A stretch of DNA of 64,000 nucleotides from a virus. Position 1 is the first letter of the stretch. Every line of letters begins with the position of its first letter. The translations under genes and the position numbers were made by a program. Below the pieces are notes generated by a model. It was not told the DNA's origin. It made no database searches and saw only the letters and a program-made list of their open reading frames with translations. The stretch lies in IMG/VR virus record IMGVR_UViG_3300025035_000003, positions 37,226 to 101,225 of that record. One strand, written 5' to 3'. Below, piece after piece: positions 37,836 to 47,535 of the stretch.

Positions 37836-38386
37836 AGGCGTGCCTAAATTAGATACGTTTAAGTTCCGAAATAGAGTACATAAAACCTCTCTCAAACTCC
37901 CTGCTTGCTTCAAGTAATTTCCTAGATATCTATATAACCGAACAACTATGGTCGTCTATCTGGTCCAACATCTGCTACAATCCATGCATATACGCAGTAG
38001 ATAACTGATAGTGTAATAAATATTTCCATTATGCTTGTCTCCTGATAGTGTATAGCGTATACCTATGTTTATAGGCGCTACAATCACCCGCCATCAGATA
38101 TTTGTTATAGTGTAACCCCCACAAAGCTGTAGGCAGTATTATACTTAGTATTAGTATTGCGTGTCCCATGGTGCGTCCTTTGTTGTGTTTATTACGAGCT
38201 AGTAGTTCCCCACTAAATGGAAGTACTGTTGGCGAGGTAGATAGTTCATCCCCTTCCAAGCCGTCCTTTGTTCCGTGTGTGTAAATGAAAGCAGAGGGAC
38301 TAACTCTGCTAATGTTACTACCTGCTAGCACTATCCAGGTCAGGAGGATAGTTTTGTTAAACTAACCACGGTAGTTGTGTATGGGC

Positions 38387-38722
38387 TTAGTCGAATAGAC
38401 GATCCATAATATCTAATTGAGCTTTAGCTTTGAGCTTCTGTTGCGTTGTAGCATCCTCCATAGCTTCTTCGAATGCACTCAATTTGAAGGAACGTAATGC
38501 TGCATTGATTTTGTTATCTGCTTTTGCTTCTGCAAGAATGTCTTCAGTGTACTCACTACCTGTAGTTGCTATATCTGAAACTATCTTCATAGTTGGTTTT
38601 ATTGAGTCTGCAGATGAGTCTGCTATTGTTGTAATAATGTTACTTACCCCTGTTACAACCGCTGTTGCTGCGCCGAATGTTGCACTAATTGAAGTGCTGA
38701 TTTCTTTGAATAGTTTCGCCAT
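38387..38722 (-). CDS. Hypothetical early protein
   Basis: AAGGA RBS, promoter motif upstream. Confidence 0.7.
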   Translation of the reverse strand: MAKLFKEISTSISATFGAATAVVTGVSNIITTIADSSADSIKPTMKIVSDIATTGSEYTEDILAEAKADNKINAALRSFKLSAFEEAMEDATTQQKLKAKAQLDIMDRLFD

Positions 38723-38780
38723 GGTAAATTCCTTTTGCCTGTATAGGACTTGTAGTATAGAGTTGATTGGGTAATTAATA

Positions 38781-38810
38781 CCTACTTAGATGGAAGTACA
38801 TTAGTAGAGA
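38781..38810 (-). promoter_or_regulatory. Putative phage RNAP promoter, copy 2
   Basis: TCTCTACTAATGTACTTCCATCTAAGTAGG. Confidence 0.65.
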
Positions 38811-38919
38811 CAACTAAAACGGGTCTTGATCCCGCCATAGTGCCGATATGTTTATAATGATTACTGCGAGTAGTAGAGGTATGGCTACTGTGAGTAGGAC
38901 TGTAAAGGTAGTTTGCATG

Positions 38920-39279
38920 CTAGTATGCCTTATACCCTGTTAGTAGTTCCTGCATAGCTGCTGCGGTTACATCTTTAGCAAAGTCAGTACCGAATATAGC
39001 TTCTATTGTTGTTGGTTCCGTAGCTATACCAGTAATCAGATGGTATTTAGTATTGATGATAGCTTTGAATGCTTGTAAGCTGTCAATGATAAGAAGCTGT
39101 TGCTTGTCAGCTTTGGTGCTGAATAGTTTGGTTTCTGCCCAAAATGATACAACTAATGTAGTAGTGTCTGCAAACTGCTCATATGTCGGCAGTGTAGTTT
39201 GAGTAGCGTGTGTCTGTTGTGGTTTAGCTGATGCTTTTGATTGTGTTTTATAGTATGCAGGTCGTTGGTAAGTAGACAT
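38920..39279 (-). CDS. Hypothetical early protein
   Basis: Likely start MSTYQRP after AAGGAGG. Confidence 0.7.
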   Translation of the reverse strand: MSTYQRPAYYKTQSKASAKPQQTHATQTTLPTYEQFADTTTLVVSFWAETKLFSTKADKQQLLIIDSLQAFKAIINTKYHLITGIATEPTTIEAIFGTDFAKDVTAAAMQELLTGYKAY

Positions 39280-39450
39280 GATGTCCTCCTTTGAGATGTG
39301 TAGAGTGGGTAAGCCCGAAGGCAACTAGGGTTGTAGCTTTGCTTAGCGGTTAGCTAAATACTCTGCTGTTTCTGATGGAGTTAATAATACTCCGTCAATT
39401 ATAATGCATGTCATGATTGATTCCTTGTGATGTAATTGAGCGTAATGCTT

Positions 39451-39480
39451 CCTCGTTGAATGGAAATACATTAGTAGAGA
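39451..39480 (-). promoter_or_regulatory. Putative phage RNAP promoter, copy 3
   Basis: TCTCTACTAATGTATTTCCATTCAACGAGG. Confidence 0.65.
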
Positions 39481-40119
39481 TGGTTGCCATTACGTCTAAG
39501 TATGGTGTGGTTGAATGTAGTAGCAGGCGATGTAACTAGGTCGTGATTCCATTCCTTACGGTTTGTGCGTGTGTAACGCTTAGTGAGTGGGATGCATCTG
39601 ACGAGGCTGTTGTCTGTTTCAAATATTACTGTGCCTGTTGTGTTACATCTCATAGCTTGTGTAGCAGTTTTGTAGAGTACGATTGCTTCGTCTCTAGTGA
39701 TAGTAGTGATTACCGTATTGTACTCCTTGCAGTGTTAGCTTATGCTATATAGGTATTGTTGATCCTTACTTGAATGGAAGCATGAGAGGAGAGTCAGCCG
39801 CTGATGGATGAGATGATACTGTGGCAGTATGTATAGTGAGCTGATGCGACAGTAGTTAATGAGACGGATGGCTGAGAAAAAAGGATGGTAAGTAGTCAGC
39901 TGATAGGGGGGGTGGATGTTTTGCTGATGTGTAATTGTGTAGAATACTAACACCTCACAAAAAAATTTGGTTTCCCGTAACATTCGATACCCATTCGACC
40001 TGCCTAACGATCCATCGTATATACCCCTCAACATCTCATATCTCATCTATACGTGATAATTATGTGTAACGTAAGTAAATATACATTATCATGCCACGAT
40101 AACGTACAGGAGAACTATA

Positions 40120-40437
40120 ATGAGTAATAAGGTAGAAGAAAGATACAGAAGACGAGGCGGAGCTGTAAATGAAGCATTTGAACTAACGTATGTCAGCTTC
40201 CTAGTAATTCCACGTACACTGCTAATGGGTATGCCAACAGATGGGCAGGATAGGTTTGTAGTACTGCTGGATGAGTATGATGAAGCATGTGGTAAGCTAG
40301 TACCTGATAACGAGTTGGGTATAAATGTAACGTTCAAGAAAGATGGTAAGTTCTGTAGAATACCAGATACGTATGCTAACTATAAACATGTAAAACATGA
40401 GGATGTATTATCGCTGGAGAGATCTAATAATAACTAA
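40120..40437 (+). CDS. Hypothetical protein, first gene of plus arm
   Basis: AGGAG RBS. Confidence 0.65.
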   Translation: MSNKVEERYRRRGGAVNEAFELTYVSFLVIPRTLLMGMPTDGQDRFVVLLDEYDEACGKLVPDNELGINVTFKKDGKFCRIPDTYANYKHVKHEDVLSLERSNNN

Positions 40438-40974
40438 TGCTACATGTGCTTATGTGTCTATGAGGACCTAGAAAGTAGTGGGTAAGTTAGTTAACAATAC
40501 GAAGGTGCTACTAGATAGAAGGAGAGATTAGGTATGTTTGTAGGGTGCAAAACACACATACCAGCAGAGTTCCCAGAGTACCATTTCCTAATAGAGTGGA
40601 TAACTTACATCCATGGCACATTGAGGAGAGCGCTGATGAGCTAGTCGCATTCCTCAATAACAACCAATTTGAAATAGTAGACACTATAGAGTTTCTAATG
40701 AGTAGCGATGGTGGAATAGTATGGGAAGCATACGATTAATAATAGGTTAAGTTAAGTGGTAGTGCAATATTGCTTATAAATAAAAGAGGAGAGTACTATG
40801 GCAATTAATGGTGTAAAGCCTATTGCTACAGCAGTAACACATAGTATGAGTTATAGTACCTTTTATTTCCAGGGTACTACACTATAAAGCAATTCTTCAC
40901 TCCGAAGAGCTACTGGAAAGTAGCTTCTTTGGAAGCACACCCAATCAAACTACTTACAGAAAACAAACAAGTAA

Positions 40975-41049
40975 TGCGGCATAGAGTACTGGTAACTCAG
41001 GAGTTTCATACGCTTCGATATACAGGTTCAAACCCTGTTGCCACAACCA
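40975..41049 (+). tRNA. tRNA-Met (CAT)
   Basis: Cloverleaf TGCGGCA..TTCATAC..TTCAAAC..TGCCACA-ACCA. Confidence 0.75.
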
Positions 41050-41051
41050 AC

Positions 41052-41127
41052 GGGGAATTAGCTCAGCTGGGAGAGCGCCTGCCTTGCACGCAGGAGGTCA
41101 GCGGTTCGATCCCGCTATTCTCCACCA
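41052..41127 (+). tRNA. tRNA-Ala (TGC), host-like
   Basis: GGGGAATTAGCTCAGCTGGGAGAGCGCCTGCCTTGCACGCAGGAGGTCAGCGGTTCGATCCCGCTATTCTCCACCA. Confidence 0.97.
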
Positions 41128-41587
41128 TATATGCTGAGTAAGCCAACTAAGTAGAAGTACTAGCCAGTTCGCAGCTTGCCATCCACACTTAATGGGCACC
41201 TATAAATAATTATGATATAATTCAGTACAGTAAACAAAAAGGTTAAAATATGAAAGACAAGTATGATGTACTAAACGATGCTATAGAAGAGTTTATTCAG
41301 GATGCTAGCTTAAGTAGTTAGTAAAAAATGTGTGTTGAGTGCTGATGAGGTTTTAGGTAAGCTAGATGAAATAGCTCTCCCATATGAAAAACAATGTGCA
41401 ATTGCAGTATATAACTATACAAATAGAATACAATAAGTGGGTATGCCGGACTATTTATACGGTATGGCAGAAGTAGTTGTGCTACAACTCGTTTGGTTCA
41501 TGTGAACTAATGGCTACCTTTAGTTGGTTTAAGGTTGTGTTATGTACACTTATAAAGTAAATTCATACCACACCATAAAGGACATAG

Positions 41588-42175
41588 ATGAAACTTGTAC
41601 TAGAACCGGAAAGACCAGAGATAGACTCAATTTGGGAAGAATACGTTCCCATCCTCCAGAAAGACAACAACTACTATATACACCTCACAGAAGAAATAGT
41701 CTCACCAAGTGAATACAACAAAACATGTTACTTACTAGAGAATGCACTAGAAACAGATGTAGTGCACTTGCTAATCAACTCGCCTGGTGGGCTATCCGAT
41801 TCTGCGTTCATGGTAATCAATAGTATGATTAATTCAAAGGCTAAGATAATTGGTAGGATAACAGGCAATGCGTCAAGCGCTGCTACAATGATAGCGATGT
41901 ACTGTGATGAGCTGATTGTAGGTAGATTTTCTACTATGATGTGCCATAACTATAATCATGGCGCACAAGGTACAGGAAACCAAGTTAAGACATACGTAGA
42001 CTTTATAGACCCAGAATTCACAAAGGTGGTTAAAGAAGTGTATAAAGACTTCCTTACACCTGCAGAGATGAAAAGAGTGTCATCTAACGATAAAGAGATA
42101 TGGTTGAATGAGCAAGATATTCGAGCACGTTGGGATAATAAATTAGCTAAAAGAGCTATAGATAAGGTTGTGTAA
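41588..42175 (+). CDS. ClpP-like (S14) protease
   Basis: INSPGG, ASSAATMI, MMCH. Confidence 0.8.
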   Translation: MKLVLEPERPEIDSIWEEYVPILQKDNNYYIHLTEEIVSPSEYNKTCYLLENALETDVVHLLINSPGGLSDSAFMVINSMINSKAKIIGRITGNASSAATMIAMYCDELIVGRFSTMMCHNYNHGAQGTGNQVKTYVDFIDPEFTKVVKEVYKDFLTPAEMKRVSSNDKEIWLNEQDIRARWDNKLAKRAIDKVV

Positions 42176-43491
42176 TGTCTAAGATATCCGTGGATACAAA
42201 TATACTTATTAATGATAGTAGTATCCTATTCGATACTACTAAGGAGTTCGTAATTAGCTTCCAGGTACTCAGAGAACTGGATAAGCTGAAACGTAACCCA
42301 GATTTAAAGCGTAGTGCTCAAACAGCTATCAAGAACGTAAAGGTACAGCTACTTGCAGGTAAGATAAAGATCCTCAACGTGCCAACACTAACTGAACTGG
42401 GTGATTCACCAGATGAATGTATATTACTTGATACATACAATAGTGGTGCTAACTTTCTGAGTGAGGATATAAACGCCACAGTTATAGCTATGGCTTTAAG
42501 TATACCCTTATCAGATATGGATGCTGAGGCAGCTATAGACTATGGGTATACAGGGTATAAAGAAGTAACTATAAATGATGAGTACATTAAGACATTACGA
42601 ACACTGAAAGAGATGCCACAGGCAGAGTTCGAAACAACTATGTCTATAGTGCTGGGCATCAATGAATACTGTATAGTGTGCGATGGGACAGAACTTCCTG
42701 ATATATGGAAAACTAAAATAGACATAGTTAACGGGGAAAGTGTTAGTAAAGTGGTTCGCATATCACAAAAAATGTCACCATACACCAGTGCTGGGGTGTG
42801 CGGCGTACAACCATTGGATACTATGCAAATGTGTGTGCTAGATGCTGTGTTTGATACAACATGCCCTTTAGTAGTGGTAGACGGTGTATTAGGGACTGGT
42901 AAGACTATGCTCAGTATGATGGCGGCATTGGCCACTACACAAGGTGAGAAAAGGTACCAACACTACGACCAAGTGTTCGTAACAGCATCACCGGAGTCAG
43001 TTAATAAGAGCCTATACACTGGGTACAAGCCCGGCAGTAGCGAAGATAAGTTATCAGGTCACTTATCAGGGTTTAAGTCGAACTTGAAGTTCTTACTAGA
43101 CCCTAAAAGAGTTAAGGAAAACAGAAAGATTAAGAATCCAGACGAGGAGGAAGAAACTCCTTCTGAGAAGGCGTGGCGAAGTAACTTTAGTGTAGTTGAG
43201 ATTGATGAGATGCAAGGTATGAGTTTACATAATAGCATACTGCTTGTGGATGAGTCCCAGAAACTAAGTGAAGATAGCTTAAAGTTGATACTATCTCGTA
43301 TAGCTGAAGGCTCTAAGGTTGTGCTTATGGGAGATACCGTAGGACAGGTATACTCACTCAACCGTGGTCACGAGGGGTTTAAAGTACTCCTAAGGCATTT
43401 AGGTAAGTCACCAGAGATGTGTTATATCAAACTTGCGAATATCTACCGATCAGAGCTAGCTAAGTTCGTTGCTAAGATATTCAATGACTAA
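42175..43491 (+). CDS. phoH: PIN-PhoH fusion ATPase
   Basis: PIN VDTNIL..VLRELD; GVLGTGKT, GYKPG, LVDESQ, MGD, YRS. Confidence 0.85.
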   Translation: MSKISVDTNILINDSSILFDTTKEFVISFQVLRELDKLKRNPDLKRSAQTAIKNVKVQLLAGKIKILNVPTLTELGDSPDECILLDTYNSGANFLSEDINATVIAMALSIPLSDMDAEAAIDYGYTGYKEVTINDEYIKTLRTLKEMPQAEFETTMSIVLGINEYCIVCDGTELPDIWKTKIDIVNGESVSKVVRISQKMSPYTSAGVCGVQPLDTMQMCVLDAVFDTTCPLVVVDGVLGTGKTMLSMMAALATTQGEKRYQHYDQVFVTASPESVNKSLYTGYKPGSSEDKLSGHLSGFKSNLKFLLDPKRVKENRKIKNPDEEEETPSEKAWRSNFSVVEIDEMQGMSLHNSILLVDESQKLSEDSLKLILSRIAEGSKVVLMGDTVGQVYSLNRGHEGFKVLLRHLGKSPEMCYIKLANIYRSELAKFVAKIFND

Positions 43492-43553
43492 GTAAGGTAT
43501 TGTTTAAGTGTAATGTAGTATACTACTACACTTAAACAATACAGGGAGTTACG

Positions 43554-43592
43554 ATGGCTTGTAAGTCTAAATCTCCTAAACCGAAAAAGTAA
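43554..43592 (+). CDS. 12-aa basic micropeptide MACKSKSPKPKK
   Basis: AGGGAG RBS; upstream promoter inside a 16-bp inverted repeat. Confidence 0.35.
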   Translation: MACKSKSPKPKK

Positions 43593-43664
43593 CTAAGTAA
43601 ACACACCTCCTCCACCTCTTTACAATGTGCCAACGAGGGGGTTTTCCAGTATAAGGTTCCCCAA

Positions 43665-44054
43665 ATGCTTCCCAAACGAAAACAACATAAAATTAGAGAG
43701 AATGGAACTGTTTACCTAATAGAAATTACATTAGGAGACGACATAGTGTATAAGGTTGGTGCAACAGCTAATAGTGCGAGGTATAGGGTATTACAATTGA
43801 TAGCTGGTATGGAGAAGGAATATGGATACTTCCCTCTGGTTAGGTTACTTAAGGAAGAGCGATGCGCAAACTACTACCAAGTAGAGAAACGAGTACATAA
43901 TCAGTTATCTGAGTATAGGTACATAAGATGCAGGACATTTGATGGTAGCACAGAGGTATACAAATGTGGAGCTGAAGATGTACTTAGAGTATACAATACA
44001 GAGCTATTCAATAGTAATGATATAGTAGAAAATGATGAGCTGTTAGAGTGGTAA
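43665..44054 (+). CDS. GIY-YIG/T5orf172-family protein
   Basis: VYLI..YKVG..EKRVH..FDGSTE. Confidence 0.7.
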   Translation: MLPKRKQHKIRENGTVYLIEITLGDDIVYKVGATANSARYRVLQLIAGMEKEYGYFPLVRLLKEERCANYYQVEKRVHNQLSEYRYIRCRTFDGSTEVYKCGAEDVLRVYNTELFNSNDIVENDELLEW

Positions 44055-44126
44055 TGGCGAATACTTCAATACGACTTCAATATAAATATGGTATACTACA
44101 TAAAAATAATATGTAGGAAGCACTAA

Positions 44127-44888
44127 ATGAGTGAAATAAAAGCAAAAGATATGGCGAATTATCCTGTTACAGATGGTATACCGTTGGATAGAGAGACACT
44201 AGTTAAACATATGCCGAAGGGGTTTAGTGGTAAGATAACCGATGAAATACTAACTATGCTAAATAATGTCGAGAATGACACAGGTATGAGTAAGGAGCTA
44301 TTCAGTGAGCAGTTATACTCATACACCCACTTACTTACAGGTGGGGTAGGGATTGAGACACTATCCAATGCTATAAAGTTCGTGAACTTACGTATGCTTC
44401 CAAAGATGGGAGCTGCTAAAGCATTCTCTATAGTGTTCCCGGAGAAAGCTAAAGAGATAGAGGATAGAGGTGCAACAGTAGACTCATTCGCATCTATGTA
44501 TGCTGGAACTAAAACGGTTGTAGCTGTACAAAAGTTAATACTAGTTCCAGTATATATATCACATGCTCCCATACATAATGCTATGTTAAAGAAGTTATTT
44601 GACTTGAGCAATGGCATAGGTGCTAAAGCTGATGATAGGGTAAGCCCCACTGTGCAGATGAATGCTGCTATAGCACTCCGTGATGCAACTAAAATGCCAG
44701 AGGATAATAGTGTAACACTCAAGATAGGTATGACAGATGACGCTACGAAGATACAGCAAGGACTGTTCGAACAGCTAGCAATGAATAGTGAGCTGCAGTT
44801 AGCTGCATTGAGGTCTGGTAGGAGTATAGGTGAGATTCAAAGGATTGGTGTAAGCACCGATAAAATCCTAGAAGCGGAGATTGAGTAA
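44127..44888 (+). CDS. N4 gp69-like protein (probable terminase small subunit)
   Basis: Position before TerL; VSPTVQMNAA-type motif. Confidence 0.55.
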   Translation: MSEIKAKDMANYPVTDGIPLDRETLVKHMPKGFSGKITDEILTMLNNVENDTGMSKELFSEQLYSYTHLLTGGVGIETLSNAIKFVNLRMLPKMGAAKAFSIVFPEKAKEIEDRGATVDSFASMYAGTKTVVAVQKLILVPVYISHAPIHNAMLKKLFDLSNGIGAKADDRVSPTVQMNAAIALRDATKMPEDNSVTLKIGMTDDATKIQQGLFEQLAMNSELQLAALRSGRSIGEIQRIGVSTDKILEAEIE

Positions 44889-46744
44889 TGGCTGAGAAAA
44901 CAGAACTAGAACTATGGGATGAACTGCCTGGCGTAACAGGTGATGAGGATAGTATACCATACAAGAATTGGCAGGAATATGAAGTAGCTGTAGCAGAGGG
45001 TAAGGACACAGTACCAGATGTACCAGTAGTGAGAAAGCTGCCAGGTAGAAAGGAGTATGAGTTCAGTGTGGATAAGGCACTAGATTCAATCGACTTGACG
45101 TTCAATGGATACATACCAAGTAAAGAGGCTATAGAGTTCTTCAATATAATTAGATTAGTACTCGGGGAAGACCCAGAAGTTAATAATAGCTTAATGCATT
45201 ATTTCCTAGTAGATTTACTGTTTGGGAATATAGAAAGAAATCAGTACCCGTACAGCAAAGAGATACAAGATAAGCTTAGGATTAATAGCAGAAAGGTGGC
45301 AATCATTGCGGCCAGAGGTAGTGCAAAATCGACAATAGTTACAGCGTTCTTCCCGATATATGTGGCTATAACAGGTAAGGTACCAAACTTTGGTAGCTTG
45401 ATGTTCATGGTAGGATTTGGTGATAGTCAACAAGCGGGGGCTAAAGTACAAGCTAACACCATACGTGATATATGCGAAGATAGCGCCTTCTGCAAGGAGT
45501 ACTTCGAGAAGATGAGATTCACTGACGAAGAGTGCGAGTTTATAAGAAAGGGTCCAGAGAAAGTGCGAAAGCGGGCATTCATGTATAAAGTAAAGGGAGC
45601 TGCAGGAGGATCAGTGCGTGGTATTCGTTACAAGACTGAGCGTCCAGGTATGATACTATTTGATGACATCATCAAGAATGAAGCAGACGCTAATTCAGAT
45701 GTAATTATGGCTAAGTTACAGAGTATGATATATCTAGATGCAGAGAATGCGCTAGGGTCAATGAAAGGTAAGGTAGTTATCATCAACACTCCGTTTAACA
45801 AACGTGATCCAGTATATAAAGCACTAGAAAGTGGAGTATGGACACCAATATGTTTACCTATATGCGAAAAGATATACTCAGGTATGCCCCGTGAGCTATA
45901 TAGGGGTGCATGGGAAGAAGCACATAGTTATGATAGAGTAATGGAAAGATATGAGGACTCAGTAGGTACTGATACACTACGTGGATTTAACCAGGAGCTA
46001 ATGCTTAGGATTGCAGATGAAGGTAGTAAGCTAATCAAAGATGGACAGATACAGTGGGTCAGTCGGAAACTGCTTGAGAAGAATTTAAATAACTACAACA
46101 TATACATAACAACTGACTTCACGGCTAGTAATAGTAAGAAAGGCGACTTTAGTGGTACATTCGTTTGGGCACTAAGTAGTGGAGGTGATTGGTTCCTATT
46201 AGATATGAGCTTAAAGAAGTTAGGTATTTCGGAGCAATATGAGCCGTTATTCCATATGGTTACTAAATGGGGTGGTAGGCACGGTAGGCAAGTTACTGTT
46301 GGCGTAGAGATAGACGGACAGCAGCAGATTAATTTACACGTGTTAAAGAAGATGATGATTGAAAAAAATACATACTTCACATTCGCTAGACAGATTGGGC
46401 AACCATTCGGTAGCGAGGGCATTAGCAGACGGCGAGCGGGTGGTAAGAAGCATGAGCAATTTATGCGAGTACATCCACTATTCCAAACTGGTAAGATGTT
46501 CCTCTGTGAAGAGCTACAAGATAGTCCAGATATGGCTGAACTGCTAGAGGAACTAGGATACGTGACGTGGGAGGCAATCACTAGCACACACGACGATGGG
46601 CTGGACTGTGTAAGCATGCTACCACATATGGAAGTTATATTACCAGCTAAAGTTGTAGTCGCTATGCATAAAACAAGCGCCCATCAAATGTGGGGATTTG
46701 AGGAGGAAGATACGCAAGAGGTTAATGGGTATGCTGGATACTAA
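44888..46744 (+). CDS. terL: Terminase large subunit (N4-like)
   Basis: ARGSAKST, VRG, FDDI, TTDFT nuclease Asp, HDDGLD. Confidence 0.9.
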   Translation: MAEKTELELWDELPGVTGDEDSIPYKNWQEYEVAVAEGKDTVPDVPVVRKLPGRKEYEFSVDKALDSIDLTFNGYIPSKEAIEFFNIIRLVLGEDPEVNNSLMHYFLVDLLFGNIERNQYPYSKEIQDKLRINSRKVAIIAARGSAKSTIVTAFFPIYVAITGKVPNFGSLMFMVGFGDSQQAGAKVQANTIRDICEDSAFCKEYFEKMRFTDEECEFIRKGPEKVRKRAFMYKVKGAAGGSVRGIRYKTERPGMILFDDIIKNEADANSDVIMAKLQSMIYLDAENALGSMKGKVVIINTPFNKRDPVYKALESGVWTPICLPICEKIYSGMPRELYRGAWEEAHSYDRVMERYEDSVGTDTLRGFNQELMLRIADEGSKLIKDGQIQWVSRKLLEKNLNNYNIYITTDFTASNSKKGDFSGTFVWALSSGGDWFLLDMSLKKLGISEQYEPLFHMVTKWGGRHGRQVTVGVEIDGQQQINLHVLKKMMIEKNTYFTFARQIGQPFGSEGISRRRAGGKKHEQFMRVHPLFQTGKMFLCEELQDSPDMAELLEELGYVTWEAITSTHDDGLDCVSMLPHMEVILPAKVVVAMHKTSAHQMWGFEEEDTQEVNGYAGY

Positions 46745-46799
46745 GGTGTAGTAAAGGATAGTTAGTGTACTATACTATGTAAATAAATAGGAATGTAGC

Positions 46800-47231
46800 A
46801 TGACACTAAAACGACTTAAAGCAACTACTAATGGACTACTAACTGCTGATAATACTTTAACTGAAGATCCTGAGGCTGTTTTAGGCTTACTAGAAATGGC
46901 GTTTAGTGATGTTATCGCACATGCAGATGCACTACATCTCATGACATTAAATAGAACCGGTAATATCTTTCGATTAGCACAAGGTAAGTATGTTGTTAGA
47001 ATGCCAGAATTACCTACAACAGACGAAGATGAATTAGATCTTGATAATGAGCTATGCTTCGCGGTTGCACGTTTTATGGCCAGCTATATGAGCGAGAAAA
47101 AGAGTAGTGTGCATTTCACTGAAGCAAAAAGACTTATACGTAATTACAATAGTAAAGTCTTTGAAATACTAGAAACAATTAAAGACCAAGGAGACGGTAC
47201 ATATGACACTAGCCCAACTCACTACGCTTAA
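46800..47231 (+). CDS. Putative head-tail adaptor or structural protein
   Basis: Position after TerL. Confidence 0.45.
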   Translation: MTLKRLKATTNGLLTADNTLTEDPEAVLGLLEMAFSDVIAHADALHLMTLNRTGNIFRLAQGKYVVRMPELPTTDEDELDLDNELCFAVARFMASYMSEKKSSVHFTEAKRLIRNYNSKVFEILETIKDQGDGTYDTSPTHYA

Positions 47232-47535
47232 TGATAATAGTTCCGAGCGTGAGCTTACTATTGATGACGGTATAGCGTTTGCTAAAGAGTTACTACATGC
47301 GGAAGAAGCGTATTTTAGAGAAGATGCCATACTTGGTGCAGGTTTCTACACATGGAATGAGAATTTCATAACACTAATTCAACAGTCATTAGCGGAGAAT
47401 AAGATAGCCAACTTCAGTAAACCACAACGCGTAGTATTTGATAAGTATATATTATTACTAACAGATGGTATAACTGGGAATGAGTCAGAAGACATAATTG
47501 AACTAGATACATACCTCGGAGGGTTACAAGGATGA
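47203..47535 (+). CDS. Hypothetical protein
   Basis: AAGGAG RBS, coupled. Confidence 0.65.
   Translation: MTLAQLTTLNDNSSERELTIDDGIAFAKELLHAEEAYFREDAILGAGFYTWNENFITLIQQSLAENKIANFSKPQRVVFDKYILLLTDGITGNESEDIIELDTYLGGLQG

Noticed and set aside
41052-41127. attP site or prophage boundary
   Set aside because: No integrase or host genes in the window; phage genes continue on both sides.
40929-41141. 70-aa ORF
   Set aside because: Overlaps two tRNA genes.
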